Below, piece after piece: positions 9,250 through 18,087 of a stretch of DNA of 36,866 bases (position 1 is its first letter; every line of letters starts with the position of its first letter). The DNA is taken from positions 1 to 36,866 of the forward strand of contig JAUYIQ010000059.1 of the NCBI GenBank assembly GCA_030688205.1, written 5' to 3'. The position numbers and the translations under genes were made by a program. Origin of the DNA: Candidatus Curtissbacteria bacterium. Its GTDB lineage: Bacteria; Patescibacteriota; Microgenomatia; Curtissbacterales; GWA2-41-24. A model generated the notes under the pieces. That model ran no database searches. It saw only the letters and a program-made list of their open reading frames with translations, and was not told the DNA's origin.

Positions 9250-9618
9250 ATGTTTGCAGAAGACATTAAAAAACTGACAAGCGAAAATACAAATTTCCGA
9301 AAAGTTTTACATACGGGTACTCACAGCCAGATTGTAGCAATGAGCATTCCCGCAAGCGGAGATATCGGTGAAGAAGTTCACCCGGATACTGACCAAATTC
9401 TCTTTTTTGTTGAAGGTGAAGGTGAAGCAATATTAAGCGGGGAAGTGCGAAATATTGACCTAAACGATGTAGTTTTCGTCCCGGCCGGTACAATGCATAA
9501 CTTTAAAAATACTACAGATCGTGATCTGAAACTTTTTACTGTTTACTCGCCACCACATCATCCCAACGGCACTATTCATAAAACAAAAGCAGATGCGGAA
9601 AAAGAGGAAGTTGTCTGA
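9250..9618 (+). CDS. Cupin domain protein
   Basis: IGEEVHPDTDQ, VFVPAGTMHNFKN, LFTVYSPPHH. The GTG at 9238 is part of an AAGGAGGTGA SD, so ATG 9250 is the likelier start. Confidence 0.9.
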   Translation: MFAEDIKKLTSENTNFRKVLHTGTHSQIVAMSIPASGDIGEEVHPDTDQILFFVEGEGEAILSGEVRNIDLNDVVFVPAGTMHNFKNTTDRDLKLFTVYSPPHHPNGTIHKTKADAEKEEVV

Positions 9619-9644
9619 TGATACCCAAGTGTTAGAATTAAATT

Positions 9645-10268
9645 GTGAAGAAAATAGTAATTGTTTCATTTGTCACGATTTTTGCTCTATTAGTTTTGCT
9701 AATTATCACAAGCATTTTTATAAGCTTCAAAACTATCAAGCCTACTACTGAGGTAATAAATCGCGATCTGAAAAACTATTTTTCCAAAATAGTATATATC
9801 CCTGAAGGAATACCGCCTCCGCAACAAACCCTAGACAAAACGGAATATTTTTGGGAGATGGAAACCCCGCAGGGCGAAGTCACAAGTATCAGGCTCAAAT
9901 ATGATCCATCATTTACAAAAGGAAAAAACACAATTCAAGTGATTTTAGAAATGCCGGAAAATGGAGACCCGAGTATTTTTAACAAAGTTCTACCCGCAGT
10001 AATTTCAGATAAACAGTCCCTTGATTCTGCCCAAGATCCTCAAAAGGCGAATTTAAATGCCAATCAGGAATTAGGTTACGAAAAACTATCATTGTTTACA
10101 AAAAAGGAAACAAATCAAACAACAAAAATCATTTGGGAATTCAAAAAAGAATCTTTGGGAGACAAAATTAATCAGGAGTACGCAAAACTTTACAAATACC
10201 CGCCAGCACTCTTCAAAATTCTATACAACGTGCCTCAAATTACCTTGGGCCTTCTTGCCGCAGGTTAA
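9645..10268 (+). CDS. Hypothetical membrane-anchored protein
   Basis: N-terminal TM helix; GTG 6 nt after TGt-TAGAAT. Confidence 0.7.
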   Translation: MKKIVIVSFVTIFALLVLLIITSIFISFKTIKPTTEVINRDLKNYFSKIVYIPEGIPPPQQTLDKTEYFWEMETPQGEVTSIRLKYDPSFTKGKNTIQVILEMPENGDPSIFNKVLPAVISDKQSLDSAQDPQKANLNANQELGYEKLSLFTKKETNQTTKIIWEFKKESLGDKINQEYAKLYKYPPALFKILYNVPQITLGLLAAG

Positions 10269-10334
10269 TTCCGAGCGAAAAATCCCAGAATTAATACTTA
10301 GGATGAAGCGAATTTTGAAGTGAGGAAAAGAGAA

Positions 10335-10354
10335 CCACGGCCTTTAGACCGTGG
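10335..10354. repeat. Palindrome CCACGGCCTTTAGACCGTGG resembling REP or IS200/IS605-type end hairpins
   Basis: Imperfect inverted repeat in the convergent intergenic region; no transposase nearby. Confidence 0.4.
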
Positions 10355-10370
10355 GGATCTATTTTCACCA

Positions 10371-10417
10371 GAAAAAACCCCTAAAACCACATATAGAAGT
10401 GTTCTCGGGGGTTTTTC
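10371..10417 (-). terminator. Intrinsic terminator of the small zinc-ribbon gene (possibly bidirectional)
   Basis: Minus strand CCCCCGAGAACAC-loop-GTGGTTTTAGGGG followed by T6, just past the stop at 10433. Confidence 0.7.
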
Positions 10418-10432
10418 GAAAAAACAACTGTC

Positions 10433-10576
10433 TTAGCCACCAATTTTAAACATTGCAGTGCCGCAAACCGGACACTTGCCTTTCATTGCTGGTTTACCAT
10501 TCTTCATGGTAACTTTTTCTGCATTGGGATCATCTCTCTTTGCGCGGCATTTAACACAGTACATTGTTGTAGCCAT
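10433..10576 (-). CDS. 47-aa zinc-ribbon protein (DUF5679-like), absent from the ORF track
   Basis: MATTMYCVKCRAKRDDPNAEKVTMKNGKPAMKGKCPVCGTAMFKIGG; two CxxC; SD AAGGAGGTGA 7 nt before ATG; downstream terminator. Confidence 0.9.
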   Translation of the reverse strand: MATTMYCVKCRAKRDDPNAEKVTMKNGKPAMKGKCPVCGTAMFKIGG

Positions 10577-10609
10577 CTATAAATCACCTCCTTCAAGCAG
10601 GGAAGATAC

Positions 10610-10660
10610 TAGCCTAATGCTAGCCATAAGTTAAGGCTGTTTAGCCTCAATTAGCCTCAA
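10610..10660. repeat. Phased TAGCC repeats including tandem TTAGCCTCAA x2
   Basis: TAGCC at 10610, 10621, 10642, 10652 (spacing 11/21/10) upstream of the zinc-ribbon gene. Confidence 0.55.
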
Positions 10661-10674
10661 CAATAACATAGAGA

Positions 10675-10941
10675 TTAGCGAAGTGTCAAGCTCAGAACAA
10701 CCTGCACGACAATAATGACAGAAGCAGCTATTACTATCCTAAACAAATCGCCTCGTGTATTGACTGTCTCATCAATCCTTTTACTAGATACGGTTACAAC
10801 CTTAGACTGACTAACAGCTGGCGTTGGTTCATCATATACAACCTTGCTCTCGACGAAAGTAAACCGTCTTTCGCTTGCTGTTTGTTTTCGCCTTCTTGTT
10901 TTAAATGGCACAAGAGTAATCTTACTGTTTGCATCGGTCAT
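10675..10941 (-). CDS. Hypothetical protein with C-terminal TM helix
   Basis: MTDANSK...DLFRIVIAASVIIVVQVVLSLTLR; start moved to 10941 to avoid overlapping the next gene. Confidence 0.6.
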   Translation of the reverse strand: MTDANSKITLVPFKTRRRKQTASERRFTFVESKVVYDEPTPAVSQSKVVTVSSKRIDETVNTRGDLFRIVIAASVIIVVQVVLSLTLR

Positions 10942-11024
10942 TGACAAGAATTGGAAACGCATGGTAAAAAAGTGGGTACTAGATTTGTCCAAACCGAACC
11001 AGACTCGGTCCAAGATATTCCAAA

Positions 11025-11489
11025 ATGCAATTATCCTCAACAAATATTCTTCTGACCATAGTCATTATCTGGCTAGCACTTTTAAATATTTACCTGTTTA
11101 AGGCTGTAGCGGGTTATAAAAAAATTACCCACGGCACCCAAAATTTAAATCTTGAGCAAATTCTTGACCTTTTGTTCAAAAAAGTTGATCTTTCTGAAAA
11201 AAGAATGGCCCAGCAAGCTGAAGAAGTTGCAAAACTTGAAATGGCAAACAGGTTAAATATTCAAAAACATGCATTAATGCGGTTTAATCCGTTTGAAGAT
11301 ACCGGCGGAGACCAAAGCTTTGTTGCAGCCTTTTTAGACGGGGAAAATAATGGTATTGTTATATCATCGCTTCACACAAGAAGTGGAACAAGAGTTTATG
11401 CGAAAAATGTTACAGCAGGCAAAGCAGATAGTCATCAATTCTCAAAGGAGGAGAAAGAGGTAGTAGAAAAAGCTGCCCGTCGAGTTTGA
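11025..11489 (+). CDS. DUF4446-family membrane-anchored protein
   Basis: RFNPFEDTGGDQSF, LDGENNGIVISSLHTRSGTRVYAK, SKEEKE. Confidence 0.85.
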   Translation: MQLSSTNILLTIVIIWLALLNIYLFKAVAGYKKITHGTQNLNLEQILDLLFKKVDLSEKRMAQQAEEVAKLEMANRLNIQKHALMRFNPFEDTGGDQSFVAAFLDGENNGIVISSLHTRSGTRVYAKNVTAGKADSHQFSKEEKEVVEKAARRV

Positions 11490-11507
11490 CTCGACCTAAA
11501 AGTAAAG

Positions 11508-12656
11508 TTGAAAAATAAACTAAGTTTCTTGTTAAGTAACAAAATCTTAACTCTAATAATAGGAAGCATCGTTTTGTACGCTGCTTCGGCAGGGATTTCT
11601 TATATGATTTTTAATAAAGTTCTTACAGGCCCCGTTAGCATCTCAACTCCGTTTGGGAACCTTACAGACATTACATCCGGTTCTGAAGAAGGTACGAAAG
11701 ACAGACCATGTCCTCTAAACGGTGCCATGTACACCAAAGTCCGAGAAGAAGCTTGGCAAAAGAGAAGACCCCTTGGTGTGATGGTTGAAGACCATATAGA
11801 TTCCAGACCGCTAAGAGGACTAACAAGAGCAGACGTCATTTACGAAGCAGTTGCAGAAGGCGGAATTACCAGACAGCTTGTCATGTACCTTTGTCAGGAT
11901 GCCGGTGACATATCACCGATAAGAAGTGCCAGAACTTACTTTCTAGACTGGCTTTCAGAATATGATGCACTTTATGCCCATGTTGGTGGAGCAAATACAG
12001 ATGGCCCGGCAGATGCTCTCGGGCAGATTAAAGATTATGGAATCTATGACATGGATCAATTCGGTTTAGGCTTCCCAACCTATTGGCGTGGTACTGAAAA
12101 GTTTGCTCCGCACAACGTCCATTCAACCACTAAAAAATTATGGGAAGCTGCAGAAAAAAGAAACTATGGACCCGAAGACGATAAAGGTGTCAGATGGGAC
12201 AAAAACTTCACAAGCTGGAAGTTCAAAGACGATACGGCACTTGAAGCAAGAGGAGACCAAAAACCAATCAGTGTACCATTTTGGGCTAACCAGCCGGATT
12301 ACACCTCAACATGGCAGTATGACAAAACCACAAATACTTATAAAAAATATCACGGAGCAACCGCCCAGATCGATGACCTGACAAATGAAAATATGTTCGC
12401 AAAAAATTTAGTTGTTCAATTCCAAACAGAAAGAGATGCAAACGATGGATATCCTGACGGCCATCTGTTATATGGAACAAAGGGATCTGGAAAAGCGTTG
12501 TTTTTCGCAGACGGGAAAGCAGTTGAAGGAAAATGGATAAAAGAAAGCCGGACTTCAAGAACGAAGTACGTAGACGCGAAGGGCAAGGAAATAGAATTTA
12601 ACAGGGGATTAATCTGGATTCAAACCATTCCTGTAGGAAACGTAGTAGAATACTAA
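11508..12656 (+). CDS. DUF3048 (YerB-like) membrane-anchored protein
   Basis: RPLGVMVED, ADVIYEAVAEGGITR, PIRSARTYF, YAHVGG, APHNVH. Confidence 0.88.
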   Translation: MKNKLSFLLSNKILTLIIGSIVLYAASAGISYMIFNKVLTGPVSISTPFGNLTDITSGSEEGTKDRPCPLNGAMYTKVREEAWQKRRPLGVMVEDHIDSRPLRGLTRADVIYEAVAEGGITRQLVMYLCQDAGDISPIRSARTYFLDWLSEYDALYAHVGGANTDGPADALGQIKDYGIYDMDQFGLGFPTYWRGTEKFAPHNVHSTTKKLWEAAEKRNYGPEDDKGVRWDKNFTSWKFKDDTALEARGDQKPISVPFWANQPDYTSTWQYDKTTNTYKKYHGATAQIDDLTNENMFAKNLVVQFQTERDANDGYPDGHLLYGTKGSGKALFFADGKAVEGKWIKESRTSRTKYVDAKGKEIEFNRGLIWIQTIPVGNVVEY

Positions 12657-12682
12657 TCTAACTGCCGCAGTCTGCCCCCTTT

Positions 12683-13261
12683 ATGTTGATAGATATATTG
12701 ATCTCAAAAGTTAGAGTAAAAATTCTCGAACTATTTCTGAGCAATCCTGATCAGGTTTATCATGTCAGGGATATTGTAAGACGTGTCGAAGAAGAAATTA
12801 ATGCGGTCAGACGCGAGTTAGCAAGGCTGGAAAAAACCGGGCTCCTTAGTTCACAATGGAGAGCAAACAGAAGATACTACTCAGCCAAAAAAGACCATCT
12901 TTTTTACTTTGAACTTCTTTCAATTATAAACAAGACAGTAGGTCTTGGAGGAAATATAATCAAAAATAAGGTTAAAATTGGTAAGGTTAAATACGCAATG
13001 CTTTCGGGTTCTTTTGTAAGAGGTAAGCCCTATACAACAACAGACGTAGACCTATTTGTTGTAGGTGCAATACTTTTGTCTGAACTTGGAGCTATAGTGA
13101 GGGACGAAGAAACAAGAAGAAGTCGCGAAATAAACTTTACCCCAATGACTGAAGAAGAATTCGCCTTCAGAAAAAGCCGAAGAGATCCATTTGTGATGGG
13201 TGTCCTTTCCAAGCCCCGCGTCATGCTCATAGGCGACGAAGACGAAATGGTAAAACTTTAA
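12683..13261 (+). CDS. Winged-HTH plus nucleotidyltransferase-like protein
   Basis: SKVRVKILELF..HVRDIVR..INAVRRELARLEKTGLL (wHTH); SGSF..DVDLFVVG (Pol-beta/MNT motif). Confidence 0.8.
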   Translation: MLIDILISKVRVKILELFLSNPDQVYHVRDIVRRVEEEINAVRRELARLEKTGLLSSQWRANRRYYSAKKDHLFYFELLSIINKTVGLGGNIIKNKVKIGKVKYAMLSGSFVRGKPYTTTDVDLFVVGAILLSELGAIVRDEETRRSREINFTPMTEEEFAFRKSRRDPFVMGVLSKPRVMLIGDEDEMVKL

Positions 13262-13266
13262 ACCTC

Positions 13267-13296
13267 TTGACCTATCTACTATAGGTTGGTTATAAT
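13267..13296 (+). promoter_or_regulatory. Sigma70-type promoter TTGACC-N18-TATAAT, predicted leaderless
   Basis: -10 ends 6 nt before ATG 13303; no SD. Confidence 0.7.
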
Positions 13297-13302
13297 TTCC
13301 AA

Positions 13303-14472
13303 ATGGCAGAACGGACTTCTGTTTCACCAGAAAGTGAAAGGTGGGTAAGAACACCTGTTATATGGGTTACTCTCAAGGAAACGGAAACAGTTCTGAGAAA
13401 TTTTGGTTTTAATCTGGATCTAAGAATGTCCGGATTAGTTCAATTCGCGACTCAAAGTGAAATTTCGCAAGTTCAACTTGAAACTATCAAAGCCTCAAGC
13501 CTATTTGTTAGAAGTTACTTGGAATCAGGATTGCCAGAAGAAGGCATCCTTAACCCTCCTCCCTTAACCAGAGGAACTCTTGGTAAGAAAGAGCAGTTTA
13601 TATTTTCGAAAGATATTTTCAGACCATTAACTATTACTAATCCTTCACCTGCCCAGCGTAGAATTGTTTCCGATCTTTCGGTGGCTATGTTTAGAGGTAT
13701 TTTTGCATATGCTATACAAGACCAAACTCAAGAGCAATCGATTCCTAAGGTACCAAAATTGATAGAAATTATTACGGAATCAGTAGAAGAATATGCTCAG
13801 AGAAGGTTAACAGATCCAAAACTAAAAAGAGCTGTTCGAAGATTTTTGAAACGATATCAAGACGAAATAGGTGGCGACCAAAATCTTTTTATTATGGCAA
13901 AAGGAGCCCATATTGAATTATGGACGACTCGCAATGAAGAACAACTTAAAGTAGCCGAAATTCTTAAACAGCATGACACGACAGTATTAAGTATTCTAAC
14001 GAATGCTGGGCAGGAATTTTTCGAACAACACATGCAAAGACAATATCATTGGTTTCAAAGACCACAAACTCCAATGCCCATGCCTGTCAGCGAGGAAGAC
14101 GTTGATTTAATTAAGAATGCGCTCGAGGAAATGGGTGTAGGAAATAAACCAAAAAACATACTTGCGAGTTATTTAATAAGTGGACCAGGAAAGTATTTAG
14201 CTGCTTGTCTCTTAGCTGTTTTCTTAGAGGAGGATCTGGCATACAAAGAGGCTCAAGACTCTCATATAGCTTCTGTAACAACAGCCACGGATGAACAAGA
14301 ACAACCAAAGTTAAGTGATAACGCCCGACAATTATTAGAGAAGTTTGGTCATTTGATTAATGTCGATGATTCTAAAATTGAAGAAGAGCCAATCGAAGAG
14401 CCATTGGATGAAGAGAATGCCTTAAAATTCCAAAAAATAATCACTAAAAAAGCAAGAAGACAAAGCGAGTAA
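13303..14472 (+). CDS. Hypothetical protein (389 aa, acidic C-terminal region)
   Basis: Long ORF with its own promoter; no family recognised. Confidence 0.75.
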   Translation: MAERTSVSPESERWVRTPVIWVTLKETETVLRNFGFNLDLRMSGLVQFATQSEISQVQLETIKASSLFVRSYLESGLPEEGILNPPPLTRGTLGKKEQFIFSKDIFRPLTITNPSPAQRRIVSDLSVAMFRGIFAYAIQDQTQEQSIPKVPKLIEIITESVEEYAQRRLTDPKLKRAVRRFLKRYQDEIGGDQNLFIMAKGAHIELWTTRNEEQLKVAEILKQHDTTVLSILTNAGQEFFEQHMQRQYHWFQRPQTPMPMPVSEEDVDLIKNALEEMGVGNKPKNILASYLISGPGKYLAACLLAVFLEEDLAYKEAQDSHIASVTTATDEQEQPKLSDNARQLLEKFGHLINVDDSKIEEEPIEEPLDEENALKFQKIITKKARRQSE

Positions 14473-14510
14473 TATCCAAAAATCATTCTCCTGATATATA
14501 ATCTTGGGTA

Positions 14511-15818
14511 ATGTCGAAAAGCCCGAGAAAAACGCTTTTTCTAATTATCGCGCTTACACTTTTGGCGCTCTATGTCGATCTGCCTCGACTTTCTTTTAAA
14601 AACTTATACTTTGTACACCCCGAACCGCTTAAAAACTTCATCAAACGGGACCTTGAACCAAAGCTTGGCTTGGATCTTGCTGGTGGAGTTCAGTTGACAA
14701 TGTCGGCAGACATGTCCCAAATAGAAGCAGGCAACAGAGATGATGCTTTAGAATCAGCCAAAAACATTGTTGAAAACAGAATAAACTCTCTTGGTGTTGC
14801 AGAGCCCCAAGTCCAAACTGCCAAAACAAACGACCAATATAGATTGCTTATAGAAATTCCAGGAATCACGGACATTGATAAAGCAGTGGCAATAGTCAAA
14901 AAAACAGCCCATCTGGAATTCAGAACGATAAAAGCAGACGCTCCACCCGAAGCAACTCTTGGAGCTTTCCCTGACTATTTTGAATCGTCAGGACTGACCG
15001 GTGCGCAGTTAAAAAGAACTCAAGCTCAGGCAAGCCAGGATTCCCAAAAACCGGGGTACGTAGTTGCAATCGAATTTAACGATGAGGGAGCCAAAAAATT
15101 TGAAGAAATTACCAGAAATAATGTTGGCAGGCAAGTAGCTATTTTTCTGGATGAGGATATGATATCTGCGCCCGTTGTAAATACCGTAATTTCTGAAGGA
15201 CGTGGCATAATTGAAGGAAATTTCTCATCACAAGGTGCAAGACAATTAGCAATCGAACTCAACGCCGGTGCTCTTCCTGCACCCCTAAAAATTGAAAGCC
15301 AGAGCAGAATTGGTCCGACAATAGGTGTGGACGCGATTCATAAAAGTATCACAGCTACCATTATTGGTTTAACTTCTGTCGCAATCTTCATGGTTTTTTA
15401 CTACGAAACCTTGGGTATCTTTGCAGTTGTCTCACTACTTATCTATTCGCTAATAACTTTAGCAGTATTCAAATTAATTCCAGTTACTTTAACTCTTGCC
15501 GGAATTGCCGGCTTTGTTCTTTCGATTGGAATGGCAGTAGATGCCAACATACTTATTTTCGAAAGAATAAAAGAAGAAATGAAGTGGGGGAAACCAAAAC
15601 ACGAAGCACTTTATGCCGGTTTTAACAGGGCCTGGACATCAATCCGCGACTCCAATGTTTCTTCACTGATAACAACAGTCATTCTTTTCAATTTTGGAAC
15701 CGGTTCTATTAGGGGATTCGCACTAACACTTGCGATCGGTATTCTTATCTCGATGTTTTCTGCAATAACAGTATCACGTACACTGCTCAGAATTTTCTGG
15801 GTGAGGAAAATTTCATGA
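14511..15818 (+). CDS. secD: Protein translocase subunit SecD
   Basis: KLGLDLAGG, RINSLGVAEP, LNAGALPAPL, IGPTIG, GMAVDANILIFERIKEE. Confidence 0.97.
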   Translation: MSKSPRKTLFLIIALTLLALYVDLPRLSFKNLYFVHPEPLKNFIKRDLEPKLGLDLAGGVQLTMSADMSQIEAGNRDDALESAKNIVENRINSLGVAEPQVQTAKTNDQYRLLIEIPGITDIDKAVAIVKKTAHLEFRTIKADAPPEATLGAFPDYFESSGLTGAQLKRTQAQASQDSQKPGYVVAIEFNDEGAKKFEEITRNNVGRQVAIFLDEDMISAPVVNTVISEGRGIIEGNFSSQGARQLAIELNAGALPAPLKIESQSRIGPTIGVDAIHKSITATIIGLTSVAIFMVFYYETLGIFAVVSLLIYSLITLAVFKLIPVTLTLAGIAGFVLSIGMAVDANILIFERIKEEMKWGKPKHEALYAGFNRAWTSIRDSNVSSLITTVILFNFGTGSIRGFALTLAIGILISMFSAITVSRTLLRIFWVRKIS

Positions 15819-16729
15819 ACATAATCAAGTATCGAAACATCTTTTTTGCAATATCTCTTCTTATCATAATCCCCGGGATTTATGCACTCTCCGTGTGGGG
15901 ACTTCGACTAGGCATTGACTTTGCCGGAGGAACTCTATGGGAAATAAAATTCACGGATGCGCAAGAACAGTCAAAACCAATATCAGCTGCAGAAGTTAAA
16001 AATCTGATAAGCGAACTTGGGACCGAAGTCTCCTCGACAGCAAACACTTCCGAACAGTCTGTCATTGTTCGAATGAAAGCTAGTGACGAGGTAAAAATAA
16101 GCGAAGTTCGCAATAAACTAAAAGAATCATACGGTGAAGTTGAGGATGCACGCCTGGAAACTGTAGGCCCGGTTATCTCAAAAGAACTTACTAAAAAAGC
16201 GGCAACAGCAGTCGGCATTTCCATTCTTGCAATAGTCACCTATGTAACTTGGGCATTCAGGAAAGTTGCCAAGCCTGCTTCCCCGCTGGCATTTGGAGTC
16301 TGCACAATCGTTGCTCTTGTCCATGACGTTATAGTCGTCGTCGGAGTTTTCGCAATTCTGGGGCATTTTTTTGGCATAGAAGTAGACTCTCTCTTTATAA
16401 CGGCACTTCTAACAGTAATAGGATTTTCTGTCCACGACACAATAGTAGTCTTTGACAGAATTCGTGAGAACTTAAGAAAGTACGATGATTTCTCTTTGGA
16501 AGAAGTTGTTAATCATTCCATCAACCAAACTCTTGCTCGTTCACTCAACACCTCTCTTACAGTACTTTTCGTACTTTTGGCACTCTATCTTTTCGGAGGA
16601 GAATCAACAAAAACTTTCATTCTGGCTCTTTTAATTGGGGTAATCTCCGGAACTTACTCATCAATTTTCAACGCGTCACCACTACTTGTTGTTTGGAATA
16701 AGCAAGTTGCGAGACCTAAAAAGTCTTAA
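15815..16729 (+). CDS. secF: Protein translocase subunit SecF
   Basis: LGIDFAGGT, ETVGPVIS, ALVHDV, GFSVHDTIVVFDRIREN, GTYSSIFNASP. Confidence 0.97.
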   Translation: MNIIKYRNIFFAISLLIIIPGIYALSVWGLRLGIDFAGGTLWEIKFTDAQEQSKPISAAEVKNLISELGTEVSSTANTSEQSVIVRMKASDEVKISEVRNKLKESYGEVEDARLETVGPVISKELTKKAATAVGISILAIVTYVTWAFRKVAKPASPLAFGVCTIVALVHDVIVVVGVFAILGHFFGIEVDSLFITALLTVIGFSVHDTIVVFDRIRENLRKYDDFSLEEVVNHSINQTLARSLNTSLTVLFVLLALYLFGGESTKTFILALLIGVISGTYSSIFNASPLLVVWNKQVARPKKS

Positions 16730-18065
16730 TCCGTTTAAGCAAATATTCTCTGGTATTCTTACCCTTTTCGTCGGCAACTTCATCAAAAAGCTTATTTAGT
16801 ATTTCTCCAACTTTTGGCCCGGGACCAATTCCCAAAACTTTCATCACGTCACTACCACCAACCGCAAGATCGCGAACCGTAAATGGTTTTTTCAAAACCT
16901 CTTTTAGTCTTTGTCTAAAAAGTTTAAGTCTCCAGCTTTCTGGTTGCTGCAAGCCACCACCCAACCTGTCCCCAACCCTCAGATCCATCATATTCTCGAT
17001 ATTACCTATCCCGATATTTTTGATAAAGCGTCTCAGCGCTTTATCCGTCTGGTTTTCGGAAACGGTGAACTGATGCCAACGAACCAACAAAAATAACTGC
17101 TCTTTTTGATCTTTGGAAAGATGAAGTCTGTCTGCAATTTTTAGAGCTATCCTTCCTCCGACAACTTCATGATTATAAAAAGTTCGAATACCTTCTTCTG
17201 TAACATTCGCAACTTTTGCTTTCCCAACGTCGTGAAGAAGTGTCGCAAATCTAACAATTGTATCCCTGCTTGGGCAATTTGCGAGACTCATTACATTGTG
17301 GGTACCTACATCGAAGATATGATGACGTTTCGGGCTTATTTGACTAACATCAAAACACCCATCAAGCTCGGGCAGAATCTCTTTAAGAAGCCCGACTTCT
17401 CTTAATAGTAATATTCCACTAGCCGCATCTTCTGAGTCTATTATTTTAAACAACTCGTCTCTTATTCGTTCACCCGATATTTTATTAATTGATTTTGCAT
17501 TTTTCTTTATCGCAGCTACCGTTTTTGGCTCAATTTCAAAACCCAAAGTTGTTGCAAATCTTATGGCCCTCATCATCCTTAAAGCATCCTCGTTAAATCG
17601 CGCGTTAGCATTTCCTACTGCTTTAATAATTTTTTTCTTAAAATCTTCTTCTCCCCTATATGGGTCAATAAATTTCGTGTCGAATTCACCTTTATTAAAA
17701 GGTAAGGAAATTGCGTTGATTGTAAAGTCTCTGCGAGTCAAATCTTCCTCGAGTGAGGAACCCCATTCGACATGACTTGGGTGACGCTTATCTGTATAGC
17801 TCGACTCAGTTCTATAAGTTGTCACCTCTATATTTTGGGCAGGTCCCAACGGGATAGTCACCGTGCCGAACGAATTGTTATAAAAAGATTTAGGAAAAAT
17901 TTTCTGAACTTCTTCAGGCCTGGCATTAGTTGTAACGTCCCAATCCGACACTTGATTGCCCGCAATAATATCTCGCACAGCTCCGCCAACAACAGCGACC
18001 TCAAACCCGGCCTCATTAATTTTCTTCAAAATCTCACTAATCTCCTTAACTTTCCTATTTATCAT
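16716..18065 (-). CDS. cca: Class II tRNA nucleotidyltransferase with HD domain
   Basis: VGGAVRD, DWDVTT, RRDFTINA, EDALRMMRAIRF, LLHDVGK. Confidence 0.92.
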   Translation of the reverse strand: MINRKVKEISEILKKINEAGFEVAVVGGAVRDIIAGNQVSDWDVTTNARPEEVQKIFPKSFYNNSFGTVTIPLGPAQNIEVTTYRTESSYTDKRHPSHVEWGSSLEEDLTRRDFTINAISLPFNKGEFDTKFIDPYRGEEDFKKKIIKAVGNANARFNEDALRMMRAIRFATTLGFEIEPKTVAAIKKNAKSINKISGERIRDELFKIIDSEDAASGILLLREVGLLKEILPELDGCFDVSQISPKRHHIFDVGTHNVMSLANCPSRDTIVRFATLLHDVGKAKVANVTEEGIRTFYNHEVVGGRIALKIADRLHLSKDQKEQLFLLVRWHQFTVSENQTDKALRRFIKNIGIGNIENMMDLRVGDRLGGGLQQPESWRLKLFRQRLKEVLKKPFTVRDLAVGGSDVMKVLGIGPGPKVGEILNKLFDEVADEKGKNTREYLLKRIKTF

Positions 18066-18087
18066 GCTTAAATTATACTAGACGTCT
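18066..18087. promoter_or_regulatory. Overlapping divergent -10 elements for cca and recJ
   Basis: TATACT (+, 18074-18079, 8 nt before recJ ATG) and TATAAT (-, 18072-18077, 6 nt before cca ATG). Confidence 0.7.

Noticed and set aside
11479-11495. Hairpin GTCGAGT-TTG-ACTCGAC over the DUF4446 stop
   Set aside because: No U-tract on the coding strand and a single copy; cannot be called a terminator or repeat.
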